From IMG/VR virus record IMGVR_UViG_2861084961_000001: 64,000 bases of DNA. The stretch is one strand, 5' to 3'. This document shows, one piece after another, positions 42,914 to 52,869 of this stretch. The DNA is from a virus (lineage: Duplodnaviria > Heunggongvirae > Uroviricota > Caudoviricetes). The position numbers and the translations under genes are program-made. Below the pieces are notes generated by a model. It did no database searches and was not told the origin of the DNA. It saw only the letters and a list, made by a program, of their open reading frames with translations. Position 1 is the first letter of the stretch, and each line of letters starts with the position of its first letter.

Positions 42914-43303
42914 ATGGGCGGTGATGATGTGCAGACGTTCATCAAGCGAGTTAGCAACGACTATCTAATCGACAATTTCGACCCTCAACTGCTAAGCACG
43001 GTCGACGATGACAACGATGCAAATCTGCTTTTCGTGAAGTCAGAAATCATAAAGTTACGAAGAGAGAGAGAAATCGACGCCGTACTAGCTCGTGAAATGT
43101 GGGACGAGGCGGAAAACGCCGATGACGTAAAAGAAAGCTGCTGTTGTTTCGGCGTCGGTAACAAACTGTTGAATCTCTTTGGTGATGATCCGTGGTATGC
43201 CGACTGGCCAACTGTACCAAACCCGAAATACCAGTATCTGGAACGCATTGTGAACGCGGTACGTGAAGGGCTGAAAGAGTTAGACAAGTTAGAGGCATCG
43301 TAA
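42914..43303 (+). CDS. hypothetical protein (129 aa)
   Basis: ORF track. Confidence 0.4.
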   Translation: MGGDDVQTFIKRVSNDYLIDNFDPQLLSTVDDDNDANLLFVKSEIIKLRREREIDAVLAREMWDEAENADDVKESCCCFGVGNKLLNLFGDDPWYADWPTVPNPKYQYLERIVNAVREGLKELDKLEAS

Positions 43304-43758
43304 TGAGAGAGAAAATCAAGAACCCGGTCGTCGTATTGTATAAACGGGAAACCAGCGATTCTTATGCGGTATCCATCACTGATGGAAGCCAGAACATGCA
43401 CGATGGTCTGCTAATGGCCGCCGTATCTCCTGATGATTCGGACTACCCTTTCGCCACTTTCGCTATGGTTGGTTACTACATGGCTGCCGAAATTGAGAAG
43501 TTGCGGGCGCAGAGAGACGCATTAGCGGCGGAGAATGCAGCCCTGAAAGAATCTGAGCGAGCATTCGATGCGATGTGTGCCGAGGAACACGGAGATAATT
43601 GGGTTAGCGAATTAACGGAGACTCCAGCCACCGATGCTTTTCTGGCTGAAGTACGTGCGCAGGGCGTGGAGATGTTTGCGGAGTGTGCATACACACTTGA
43701 ACATCATGATCACGCAGTAGCTTTTGCCGCCGAGCTACGTAAAGGAGATAGACAGTGA
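43303..43758 (+). CDS. hypothetical protein (151 aa)
   Basis: ORF track. Confidence 0.4.
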   Translation: MREKIKNPVVVLYKRETSDSYAVSITDGSQNMHDGLLMAAVSPDDSDYPFATFAMVGYYMAAEIEKLRAQRDALAAENAALKESERAFDAMCAEEHGDNWVSELTETPATDAFLAEVRAQGVEMFAECAYTLEHHDHAVAFAAELRKGDRQ

Positions 43759-44228
43759 GTGAGATTAACTACCTGGCGTTACGTGAGCGTTATTCACCAA
43801 AACCAGCGCCTAGATGCTCTGTTTGTGGCGAGGAAATGTCAATACAGCGCATATCTGGAGCACATGTCGTTTATGCCTGCTCCGGTGAGGGTGATGACGG
43901 ATATTTTAAGATAGGACGTACTTTTGCAGACGAACATTATGAAAAATCACGCGTAACAGTAGTTGATGATAGTGATCCCGATGTGATTGCACTGCTGGAA
44001 GAACTGGATAAAAGACGACATTACATCGGACGTCTTGAGCAGGAGAACGTAGAGATGGCCCTAACGCTTGAGAAGCTGCGTGTTGAGATGAAGGCAGCCA
44101 AATCAAAACTCAACGAGCAGCGTGAGTATTACGAAGGTGTTATCTCGGATGGAAGCAAGCGCATAGCCGCTCTTCTTTGCAAGGACAATCTTGTCAGCAC
44201 CACGAACATTGAAGGTGAAAGAAGATGA
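43755..44228 (+). CDS. hypothetical protein (157 aa) with N-terminal CxxC...C cluster and coiled coil
   Basis: ORF track. Confidence 0.4.
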   Translation: MSEINYLALRERYSPKPAPRCSVCGEEMSIQRISGAHVVYACSGEGDDGYFKIGRTFADEHYEKSRVTVVDDSDPDVIALLEELDKRRHYIGRLEQENVEMALTLEKLRVEMKAAKSKLNEQREYYEGVISDGSKRIAALLCKDNLVSTTNIEGERR

Positions 44229-44548
44229 CCACATCGCATTCTGCTATTACCCAGGAAAAAGCCTTCAACATACTCGAACGACTAGAGACGCTCGCTACGG
44301 AGGAGGAGATATCCCTGGAGAAACTGGTTGAGTTCAGCCGTGTGATATTGCGTCGCAAGAACGATATGGAGCGGCTGACATCTGGCGCTCCATCCTTATC
44401 AGCCAGGCGAACACTTTGTTGCAGCTTCTGCAACAAATCCCAGTACGCCGTCAAAAAGTTAATTGCTGGGGACGCCGTTTTCATCTGCGACGAGTGTGTG
44501 GATGTGTGCAACAGAATTATCCGGGGAGAGAAAGAGGGATCAGCATGA
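44225..44548 (+). CDS. small protein with ClpX-type zinc-binding domain at C-terminus
   Basis: [35 protein letters not shown] matches the ClpX N-terminal C4 zinc-finger pattern. Confidence 0.5.
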   Translation: MTTSHSAITQEKAFNILERLETLATEEEISLEKLVEFSRVILRRKNDMERLTSGAPSLSARRTLCCSFCNKSQYAVKKLIAGDAVFICDECVDVCNRIIRGEKEGSA

Positions 44549-45096
44549 AATTTTCCAAATTTTCTGAGTCGGTGAATCGTATTTTGTCCAACAACCACAG
44601 CCATCGTCGCGATATGGATGTAACGATCGTTGTTCATTCGCCTGGTCGCATCGGTTCAACACCATCAGTTGAGGTTCAGTCAATTCAGGCGGGTTTTGAT
44701 TGGGATGCCGGGCAAGTGATGATTTTTCCAGCACAGCCACTGACCACGCTAACACCGGAGCAGGTTGCTGATATTACTGAAAGTGTGCACAAAGGCCAGT
44801 CATGGCACGCGTATCAGGAATACAAGAAGCATAAAGAGCAGTTGGAAAAATTGTCGATGGAGTTGGAAGCCGCTAAACAGAGGGAAAAAGATCTGTTTAT
44901 GGAAAATGTTCGACTTAAGTCAGGTATAGCCGGTCTGATACACCTCGGTATTCGATATGCGGATGTCGAGGTCATGAAAATAGCTGGAGATGCCCAGCTT
45001 TCTACTCCCTGTACTGACAGCATCATAAACAGTATTGCATCAGGCGTTTTCACCAAAGAGGGTCAGCATGATGAGAACAGTAGAAGTTCGCGCTGA
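44545..45096 (+). CDS. hypothetical protein (183 aa)
   Basis: Internal ATG 44545 overlapping upstream stop inside track ORF 44416..45096. Confidence 0.4.
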   Translation: MKFSKFSESVNRILSNNHSHRRDMDVTIVVHSPGRIGSTPSVEVQSIQAGFDWDAGQVMIFPAQPLTTLTPEQVADITESVHKGQSWHAYQEYKKHKEQLEKLSMELEAAKQREKDLFMENVRLKSGIAGLIHLGIRYADVEVMKIAGDAQLSTPCTDSIINSIASGVFTKEGQHDENSRSSR

Positions 45097-45256
45097 AGAT
45101 GTAACCCCAGGCGATGTGGTCATAACATCTAAAGGCAAACGATGTGCGGTTAAATCTTTCTGGATGAACGGTGAAAAAGTGACTCTGTTCGGTACGGATG
45201 GTTCCGAAACTGATTATGACTACGACGAATTGCTTGTTGTTGAGAGAGCTACCTAA
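45068..45256 (+). CDS. hypothetical small protein
   Basis: Track ORF 45035..45256, RBS-supported internal start. Confidence 0.3.
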   Translation: MMRTVEVRAEDVTPGDVVITSKGKRCAVKSFWMNGEKVTLFGTDGSETDYDYDELLVVERAT

Positions 45257-45792
45257 TGACCACCTTTACCAAAGAACAGTTAATCTCCCATGCACGCGAA
45301 AGCGTTAGTTATCTGGAAGACTTGAAAGGACGTGTTAGTAAAGAAGGAGCGGACTGCAAAGTTGTTCATGAGATGGTTGAACGAGATCTAAAACTGGCTC
45401 GAATTGCGCTGACCTCACTGGAGGCAGAGCCAGTGGCGTGGCAGGTAACACTCACAAAAAACGATCAGGAATCAGTCTCTATTATTTACCGTGACTGTGC
45501 AGAGAAAGATACATGGGTTCGGATATATGAGTCACTCGGTTCTGTCGCACATGTTGCCCCGCTTTACATGGCGCAGCCAGAACCGTCGAAGGAGGAGAAA
45601 GGACGTTCAGTCATCCAGGGTAAAGCCGATAATTCACCATTGCCGCGCTACCAGGTTATCGAATTAACAATGCTGGTTAAACAATTGGTCAGCCAACTGA
45701 AAAAAGCAAAACCTGATTGCAAATTACCGGATAGGGCGATGGATTATCTTTTGCGGAACGGACTGCTAAGTGTGGAGGATGCCTTACGATGA
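45256..45792 (+). CDS. hypothetical protein (178 aa)
   Basis: ORF track. Confidence 0.4.
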   Translation: MTTFTKEQLISHARESVSYLEDLKGRVSKEGADCKVVHEMVERDLKLARIALTSLEAEPVAWQVTLTKNDQESVSIIYRDCAEKDTWVRIYESLGSVAHVAPLYMAQPEPSKEEKGRSVIQGKADNSPLPRYQVIELTMLVKQLVSQLKKAKPDCKLPDRAMDYLLRNGLLSVEDALR

Positions 45793-46067
45793 TTGAAATG
45801 ACAAAAGAAGAACTAACACAGGCAACAAAGGATTACGGAAAAATGCACATCGCACATCGTATGGCGAATGTGTTACTGGCCTTGTCTGAACAAAAGCCAT
45901 CTGCGTTTGTAATGAAAGATGATTTGGCCGATCCGGCAATTGTTTCGACTCCGGCATATTTAGATATTGAGGATGCGGAACAAAAAACGATTGGGATATT
46001 GTCGCGCTTTATGCCGATCCCTTTCCTGTCATCGGCGACACTACTGCTCTTGTGGACGATATTTTAA
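45789..46067 (+). CDS. hypothetical protein (92 aa)
   Basis: ORF track. Confidence 0.35.
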   Translation: MIEMTKEELTQATKDYGKMHIAHRMANVLLALSEQKPSAFVMKDDLADPAIVSTPAYLDIEDAEQKTIGILSRFMPIPFLSSATLLLLWTIF

Positions 46068-46375
46068 ACATTCTCGCGCTTCTTGAGGCTGGCGATTGGT
46101 CAGAACATTGCACTAAAACGGAGTTAGGCGGTCGGCTTGAAAGAGAGATTACACAACTTATTGGTGATGCCCAAAATGATTTGTCACCTGAGCATCTCCC
46201 CTGCGATGTAGTCCTTGTGCCAGGGATGAGGATACACGAAGGCGTCAGAACGAAAACATTATTAACCGCATTACAGAGAAGAGCCGAACTAAGCTCGCGG
46301 ATAAAGTTGATGCCATCCAAAATATTTGATGTCGTCAAATTTACGCCATCGCAACATACTGAGAGAGATAAATGA
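46052..46375 (+). CDS. hypothetical protein (107 aa)
   Basis: ORF track. Confidence 0.35.
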   Translation: MDDILNILALLEAGDWSEHCTKTELGGRLEREITQLIGDAQNDLSPEHLPCDVVLVPGMRIHEGVRTKTLLTALQRRAELSSRIKLMPSKIFDVVKFTPSQHTERDK

Positions 46376-46998
46376 GCACGGTAGCGAAAGATCTCACAGA
46401 AGATATTCTCAATGAAATTATTGTTGGTGCAAATACCTCGCTTGAGCAACTTCTTGCGTTAGCACTGAGAGCCGAACGTCGAGACAGAAATCGTTTTTAT
46501 GAGCGATTACCTGGGAAACGACCAGATAGATCAGATGAAGAAGGTTGCGATATAGACTACATGGAGCCTTCAGAGATTTATCAACTTGGTAAAGATGACG
46601 GCTGGAACGCTTATCACGATGCTGTGATGAAGTTGGATGAAAAAGTTAAACCTCTTTCTCGAACGGTAGATCACGGTTTCCGCGATAACTGCGAATGCTC
46701 TAGTTGCCAGACCACGGCCCGTATTTGTTCCGAATTGACAGATAAATCCAGCCTAATCTACGAAGTTAATGTAGGCGGTAATACATGGGTCGAATGCACA
46801 AGAGCTGCATACGTAAGAGCAAAAGACAAGGGTGAATTAACCAGAGTTGTTGCCCATCACCCAAATAATGAGCTTAAAGATCACCAAATTCGAGAACTGG
46901 TGAACGAGTTGAGGGATATTGCGGTTCAGTACCACGGAACGCAGCAATTGCGGGAGAAGATTGCCAGAGCAGTGAACAACTCAGTCCGTAAAAAATAA
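46372..46998 (+). CDS. hypothetical protein (208 aa)
   Basis: ORF track; followed by hairpin AGGCCCCAT...ATGGGGCCT at 47006-47030. Confidence 0.45.
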   Translation: MSTVAKDLTEDILNEIIVGANTSLEQLLALALRAERRDRNRFYERLPGKRPDRSDEEGCDIDYMEPSEIYQLGKDDGWNAYHDAVMKLDEKVKPLSRTVDHGFRDNCECSSCQTTARICSELTDKSSLIYEVNVGGNTWVECTRAAYVRAKDKGELTRVVAHHPNNELKDHQIRELVNELRDIAVQYHGTQQLREKIARAVNNSVRKK

Positions 46999-47440
46999 GC
47001 AATAGTACGATAAAGAGGCCCCATGCTCTTGATGGGGCCTGTAGCAACTAGCGTTATGGACGCTGGTTTACGTACTCAATGATCGCTTTGATAATCGCGA
47101 ACATCGGCGGCACGATTTTGAACAGTAAGTTAACCATAACAGGCCTCACTTAGTTTTATCGCGCCTAGCTGCAAATACCTTTGGGCTTGCCTTTGCAGTT
47201 GCAATATCTGTAGTCGCCAGATACTTACGGCACGATTTCGAGTTAAGGTAAGGTTTTAGAGTCACCAAAAACCTGGACTTAAATCTTCTTTGAGAACAAC
47301 GATGTTTAGTAAATGGTCATTATTACCTGGTATGACCACTCAACGTTTCTTGATGAATCCAGTACATTCGGTTAATCTTAATTCAGTCGCCAGATACTTA
47401 TGGCTCAGGAACAGAGCCGCAAACTCTGTTTCCTTTTAAA

Positions 47441-47469
47441 AAGCCCAGCCTAGTCAACTGGGCTTTTTA
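47441..47469 (+). terminator. rho-independent terminator AAGCCCAG-loop-CTGGGCTT plus T5, preceded by a second hairpin at about 47408-47433
   Basis: Stem-loops with T-run inside a 760-bp non-coding stretch. Confidence 0.5.
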
Positions 47470-47763
47470 ATGTCTATTTTTAACCCAATGAACCTTCAAT
47501 ACCGCAACATCAGTGTCTTGCGAATTAAGATAGTGTGTATAGGTTATACATGCAAGTGCATAACTCTGTGGATAACTCAGGAAGGAAAAAGTAGCTTCCG
47601 CGCAATTTAGGCCAGACAAGGCTTTCGCAAAAATCAACGGAGAGAAAAAAATTTGTTAAAAATAACGTTTGTTGGAATTGTATATATTTATGCCTTTCAA
47701 TAGTTAGCATCTTATTAACATCTTTTTTAAGAGATAGAGTTCAAAAATATATAGCTTCAACAT

Positions 47764-47783
47764 ATACTGTATGCATATACAGT
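47764..47783. promoter_or_regulatory. LexA (SOS) box TACTGTATGCATATACAGTA
   Basis: Perfect CTGT-N8-ACAG palindrome about 17 bp upstream of the umuD-like start. Confidence 0.7.
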
Positions 47784-47800
47784 ATTAAGAGGCGAGTATT

Positions 47801-48190
47801 ATGGGCTTCCCTTCTCCTGCGGCGGATTATGCTGAGAGCCGTATTTCTCTTGATCAGCAGATAATTAGACATCCTTCAGCGACCTACTTCTTGAGGGCAG
47901 CTGATAGCCATCATCGTGAGGGAATATTGCAGGGTGCATTGCTGGTGGTCGATTCCTCACTCACTCCTGTTGATGGATCTCTTCTTGTATGTGCTCTGGA
48001 TGGGGAATATCGCGTAAAAAGATACCGGAAGTATCCACGTCAGCATCTGGAGGATTTAAGAACTGGTAAGAAGGAAGCATTGCCAAAGGATGATGATGGA
48101 TGCACGGGCAGCAATGCCGTGTTTGGTGTGATCACTCACATTATCAACGACGCAAGAAGTGGCGAGTTTGATGATTGTCCTGTGATGTAG
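47801..48190 (+). CDS. umuD: UmuD-prime-like protein (S24 peptidase fold, begins at the position matching the UmuD cleavage product)
   Basis: MGFPSPAADYAESRISLDQQIIRHPSATYFLRA...DGEYRVKRY matches the recalled UmuD core from residue 25 onward. Confidence 0.65.
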   Translation: MGFPSPAADYAESRISLDQQIIRHPSATYFLRAADSHHREGILQGALLVVDSSLTPVDGSLLVCALDGEYRVKRYRKYPRQHLEDLRTGKKEALPKDDDGCTGSNAVFGVITHIINDARSGEFDDCPVM

Positions 48191-48201
48191 GAGAACTGTT
48201 T

Positions 48202-48222
48202 AGGTGGTGCATTGCACCACCT
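48202..48222. terminator. perfect palindromic hairpin AGGTGGTGCA-T-TGCACCACCT between convergent umuD-like and mrp
   Basis: 10-bp perfect stem; T-run on plus strand. Confidence 0.45.
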
Positions 48223-48227
48223 TTTTA

Positions 48228-49328
48228 TCACACTGCGCGGAATGCGATTTCGCCAGGTATTACTTCACCTTGCCAATACATTTGGGCAGCAACGCGATCT
48301 GCGAGGTCACGATAAATAGCCGTAAATTCGCTATCTGGACGACTAATAACGGTTGGTGTTCCGTTATCCAGATCCTCACGAAGAGAGATATGAAGTGGCA
48401 TTTGGCCTAACAACTGCGTGTTGTATTTCTCGGCCAGTTTCTGTGCGCCACCGGTGCCAAAAATTGGCTCGTGATGACCGCAGTTACTGCAAATATGCAC
48501 ACTCATGTTTTCGACGATACCTAGTACCGGCACTTCGACTTTTTCGAACATCACAATGCCTTTCTTCGCATCGATCAGCGCGATGTCTTGCGGCGTAGTT
48601 ACCACAACCGCACCAGTTACAGGAATGTTCTGCGCCAGCGTCAATTGAATATCACCAGTGCCCGGCGGCATATCGAGAACGAGATAGTCCAGATCAGGCC
48701 ACAGTGTTTCCTGCAACATCTGCATCAGCGCCTTGCTGGCCATCGGTCCACGCCACACCATTGCATTGTCGTCGGTGACCAGATAACCAATAGAGTTGGT
48801 TGCCAGGCCATGAGACATGATAGGTGCCATGTGAGTACCGTCCGGTGAGGTTGGACGTTGGTTTTCCGCACCCAGCATGGTTGGAATTGATGGACCGTAG
48901 ATATCGGCATCCAAAATACCAACTTTCGCACCTTCAGCAGCCAACGCCAGTGCCAAGTTTACTGCTGTGGACGATTTGCCTACACCGCCCTTGCCTGAGC
49001 TGACGGCGATGATGTTCTTAACGCCATTAATGCCTGGTTGGTTTTTGACGCGCTTAAGCGTGGCAATGTTGTACGACAGCTTCCAGTCGATAGCCTTTGC
49101 GCCAGTGATACGGAGCAGATCACCACTACATTGCTCTTTCAGGTCTTCAAAAGGCTTATTCCACACGAAAGGCATGATTAGTTCGACATGCAGTGTGTCA
49201 TCCATCAACGCAACATGGTGTAACGCTTTAAGCGTAGTCAGGTTGTGCTTCAGGGTTGGGTGCTGAAAATTAGCCAGCGTACCGGCTACCATTGCTCTCA
49301 GGGCATCCGGCGATTTGGACTCGCTCAT
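48228..49328 (-). CDS. mrp: Mrp/ApbC Fe-S cluster carrier ATPase, intact, host-type
   Basis: 366 aa; deviant Walker A SSGKGGVGKSSTAVNLA, CxxC motif; near-identical to recalled E. coli Mrp. Confidence 0.9.
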   Translation of the reverse strand: MSESKSPDALRAMVAGTLANFQHPTLKHNLTTLKALHHVALMDDTLHVELIMPFVWNKPFEDLKEQCSGDLLRITGAKAIDWKLSYNIATLKRVKNQPGINGVKNIIAVSSGKGGVGKSSTAVNLALALAAEGAKVGILDADIYGPSIPTMLGAENQRPTSPDGTHMAPIMSHGLATNSIGYLVTDDNAMVWRGPMASKALMQMLQETLWPDLDYLVLDMPPGTGDIQLTLAQNIPVTGAVVVTTPQDIALIDAKKGIVMFEKVEVPVLGIVENMSVHICSNCGHHEPIFGTGGAQKLAEKYNTQLLGQMPLHISLREDLDNGTPTVISRPDSEFTAIYRDLADRVAAQMYWQGEVIPGEIAFRAV

Positions 49329-49485
49329 CCCGTCTCCTTTATTTTAATTTGCGCAATTGTCGCCTTGTAGTGTACTCCAGCTACGACATTTAATCATTTA
49401 TGAGAAATGCTGTTATCACATGGCAGACATAAGGCCATTTTGTTACTATCAAGCCCCTTTTCACTACAAAGAAGTAATGCCTACT

Positions 49486-51519
49486 ATGACCCAAGTCGCG
49501 AAGAAAATTCTGGTGACGTGCGCGCTGCCGTACGCTAACGGCTCAATCCACCTCGGCCATATGCTGGAGCACATCCAGGCTGATGTCTGGGTTCGTTACC
49601 AGCGAATGCGCGGCCACGAGGTTAATTTCATCTGTGCCGACGATGCCCACGGTACGCCGATCATGCTGAAAGCACAGCAGCTTGGTATCACACCGGAACA
49701 GATGATTGGCGAAATGAGCCAGGAACACCAGACTGATTTCGCAGGCTTTAACATCAGCTATGACAACTATCACTCGACGCACAGCGAAGAGAACCGCCAG
49801 CTGTCTGAGCTTATCTATACTCGCCTGAAAGAGAACGGTTTTATTAAAAACCGCACTATCTCTCAGTTGTACGACCCGGAAAAAGGCATGTTCCTGCCGG
49901 ATCGTTTTGTGAAAGGCACCTGTCCGAAATGTAAAGCGCCAGATCAATACGGCGATAACTGTGAAGTTTGCGGCGCGACCTACAGCCCGACTGAACTGAT
50001 TGAGCCGAAATCGGTAGTTTCTGGCGCTACGCCGGTAATGCGTGATTCTGAACACTTCTTCTTTGATCTGCCCTCTTTCAGCGAAATGTTGCAGGCATGG
50101 ACCCGCAGCGGTGCGTTGCAGGAGCAGGTGGCAAACAAAATGCAGGAGTGGTTTGAATCTGGTCTGCAACAGTGGGATATCTCCCGCGACGCACCTTACT
50201 TCGGTTTTGAAATTCCGAACGCGCCGGGTAAATATTTCTACGTCTGGCTGGACGCACCGATTGGCTACATGGGTTCCTTCAAGAATCTGTGCGACAAGCG
50301 CGGCGACACTACCAGCTTCGATGAATACTGGAAGAAAGACTCCACCGCCGAGCTGTACCACTTCATCGGTAAAGATATCGTTTACTTCCACAGCCTGTTC
50401 TGGCCTGCCATGCTGGAAGGCAGCAACTTCCGCAAGCCGACCAACCTGTTTGTTCACGGCTATGTGACGGTGAACGGCGCGAAGATGTCCAAGTCTCGCG
50501 GCACCTTTATTAAAGCCAGCACCTGGTTGAATCATTTTGACGCTGACAGCCTGCGTTACTACTACACCGCCAAACTGTCTTCGCGCATTGATGATATCGA
50601 TCTCAACCTGGAAGATTTCGTTCAGCGCGTGAATGCCGATATCGTGAACAAAGTGGTTAACCTGGCCTCCCGTAATGCGGGCTTTATCAACAAACGTTTT
50701 GACGGCGTGCTGGCAAGCGAACTGGCTGACCCGCAACTGTACAAAACCTTTACTGATGCCGCTGAAGTGATTGGCGAAGCATGGGAAAGCCGCGAATTTG
50801 GTAAAGCTATCCGTGAAATCATGGCATTGGCTGACCTGGCTAACCGCTATGTCGATGAACAGGCTCCGTGGGTGGTGGCGAAGCAGGAAGGACGCGATGC
50901 CGATCTGCAGGCGATTTGCTCTATGGGCATTAACCTGTTCCGCGTGCTGATGACTTACCTGAAACCGGTACTGCCGAAACTGACAGAACGTGCGGAAGCA
51001 TTCCTCAATACGGAACTGACCTGGGATGGCATCCAGCAACCGCTGCTGGGCCATAAAGTGAATCCGTTCAAAGCACTGTATAACCGTATCGACATGAAAC
51101 AGGTGGAAGCATTGGTGGAAGCGTCTAAAGAAGAAGTGAAAGCTACTGCCGCGCCAGTTACTGGCCCGCTGGCAGACGACCCGATTCAGGAAACCATCAC
51201 CTTTGACGACTTTGCCAAAGTTGACCTGCGCGTGGCGCTGATCGAAAACGCAGAGTTTGTTGAAGGTTCTGACAAACTGCTGCGCCTGACGCTGGATCTC
51301 GGCGGTGAAAAACGTAATGTCTTCTCAGGCATCCGTTCCGCTTATCCAGACCCACAGGCACTGATTGGCCGTCACACCATTATGGTGGCTAACCTGGCTC
51401 CGCGTAAAATGCGTTTCGGTATCTCCGAAGGCATGGTGATGGCTGCTGGCCCCGGCGGGAAAGACATCTTCCTGTTAAGCCCGGATGCTGGTGCTAAACC
51501 TGGCCACCAGGTTAAGTAA
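49486..51519 (+). CDS. metG: methionyl-tRNA synthetase, intact, host-type
   Basis: [29 protein letters not shown] (HIGH-type), KMSKS, C-terminal tRNA-binding domain; start at ATG 49486 inside track ORF 49357..51519. Confidence 0.95.
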   Translation: MTQVAKKILVTCALPYANGSIHLGHMLEHIQADVWVRYQRMRGHEVNFICADDAHGTPIMLKAQQLGITPEQMIGEMSQEHQTDFAGFNISYDNYHSTHSEENRQLSELIYTRLKENGFIKNRTISQLYDPEKGMFLPDRFVKGTCPKCKAPDQYGDNCEVCGATYSPTELIEPKSVVSGATPVMRDSEHFFFDLPSFSEMLQAWTRSGALQEQVANKMQEWFESGLQQWDISRDAPYFGFEIPNAPGKYFYVWLDAPIGYMGSFKNLCDKRGDTTSFDEYWKKDSTAELYHFIGKDIVYFHSLFWPAMLEGSNFRKPTNLFVHGYVTVNGAKMSKSRGTFIKASTWLNHFDADSLRYYYTAKLSSRIDDIDLNLEDFVQRVNADIVNKVVNLASRNAGFINKRFDGVLASELADPQLYKTFTDAAEVIGEAWESREFGKAIREIMALADLANRYVDEQAPWVVAKQEGRDADLQAICSMGINLFRVLMTYLKPVLPKLTERAEAFLNTELTWDGIQQPLLGHKVNPFKALYNRIDMKQVEALVEASKEEVKATAAPVTGPLADDPIQETITFDDFAKVDLRVALIENAEFVEGSDKLLRLTLDLGGEKRNVFSGIRSAYPDPQALIGRHTIMVANLAPRKMRFGISEGMVMAAGPGGKDIFLLSPDAGAKPGHQVK

Positions 51520-51540
51520 TTAAGCAACCATTCTTCACAA

Positions 51541-51566
51541 TGCCCGGCAATACGCTGGGCATTTTC
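51541..51566 (+). terminator. rho-independent terminator after metG
   Basis: TGCCCGGC-AATAC-GCTGGGCA plus TTTT. Confidence 0.6.
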
Positions 51567-51602
51567 ATATAGACACAATCCCTTCTGACTTTAACAAACC
51601 CT

Positions 51603-51668
51603 AAAACAATTTGTTTTCTGCCTTTTGTTGATTGAGATAATAAGCCACATAAGAAAACAAATTGTTTC
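51603..51668. promoter_or_regulatory. two motif B palindromes (AAAACAA-T-TTGTTTT and GAAAACAAATTGTTTC)
   Basis: Immediately right of the metG terminator, upstream of 51681 gene. Confidence 0.45.
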
Positions 51669-51680
51669 GGAGTGGTTGAA

Positions 51681-51980
51681 ATGTTGAACATTACCCAAGC
51701 CTACCAGGTGGCATTGATCAGTTCATCTCATACATCAGAGGAAGATGCTCGCCGATTCATGATCGCAAGCAATGAGCTGGATTGGGTTTCGCAAATTGAC
51801 GGCGGTTGTATTGTCCACGCCGGGTTACAGGATGATGTCTGGAAAGACGACTTGCGTCGATATGGTATATCCGAAGGCGCGATTGCTAACATTCAGAAAG
51901 TACTTGATGTAGGCTTTGACTCTGTACATTTTGATTGTGGTGCGCCGGTCGTTGAAGGGCTTGAGTGCTGGAACTGGTAA
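51681..51980 (+). CDS. hypothetical protein (99 aa)
   Basis: ATG 51681 within track ORF 51672..51980; motif-B sites upstream. Confidence 0.4.
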   Translation: MLNITQAYQVALISSSHTSEEDARRFMIASNELDWVSQIDGGCIVHAGLQDDVWKDDLRRYGISEGAIANIQKVLDVGFDSVHFDCGAPVVEGLECWNW

Positions 51981-52025
51981 CAGATATTAAAGCATTGGTA
52001 GTTTGTTTTTAGGATTATCAAAGAA

Positions 52026-52759
52026 ATGAAAAAGTTGAAAAGTTTAGAAATCCCTGGGACTGGTTATAAATTCTTTATGGACAACGCGGAGTGTGCGCCT
52101 AACGCGTTGGAAAAAATACAAAGTCTTATCAACAGCCTTACTGAAGAAGCGAAAGAACTGAAGAGCGAGGCGACAAAGGACAATACAGCTAAAATCCAAT
52201 GCTTAAATCTCGTCTCTTATTGTTTATATCAAGTATCCAAAACACTGATTAAAGGCAATATCTATTACGACGATGAAGACACCTCGACACCTGAAGAAAA
52301 GATAGCGATGAAGAACTCTATGAAGATATCTCTACTAGTGCGGGTCACGCTGCCTTCGATGCTATGGGTAAATCGTCAGGCATCAGATCATTTGTTGAAC
52401 AGAACAATTCGACAATAATGATTGAGTACTGTGAACAAACAAGCTCCAAGGCCATACATGTTCTTCACGATGTTGCTGCAGGGGTTCGTTGTGAGGCTGA
52501 AGCGGTAAGAAAAGATGTATTTGGTGCAGACAGTAATACCGTGAAAGCGTTTATCAACAGTGCTCTGCTAAATTCTTACTCAAACCTTATAGTCAATGCG
52601 GCACTATGCGCAAATTCAGGTGAAGAACACATTGTCATAACCGAAACCAAACATGAGCATCAACAGTCACCAACCATAGAAGAGGTAACTGCATTGGCTA
52701 TCAAACAGGCGAGTGAAATTAGTGATGAAATTCTCTCTCTGCTAAACAAAACTAGGTAA
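52026..52759 (+). CDS. hypothetical protein (ORFs 52026..52418 and 52364..52759, probably one gene)
   Basis: ORF track; overlapping frames. Confidence 0.35.
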
Positions 52760-52869
52760 AACATTGATAATGGCGGTCACAATTTGATTCTTTTCTATAA
52801 GAATCCGTTGATCGCCACTACTCCCCTTCCATACCTGCAATCACATCCTTAAATATCAATAGGTTGTAG

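Noticed and set aside
47040-47520. tRNA gene or phage attachment site at the boundary with the host block
   Set aside because: No cloverleaf-compatible sequence or T-loop (GGTTCGANTCC) found, and no integrase or recombinase gene in the window.
49543-51054. 503-codon reverse-strand ORF inside metG
   Set aside because: Antisense shadow ORF within a conserved, intact, higher-GC coding region; its product has no protein-like composition.
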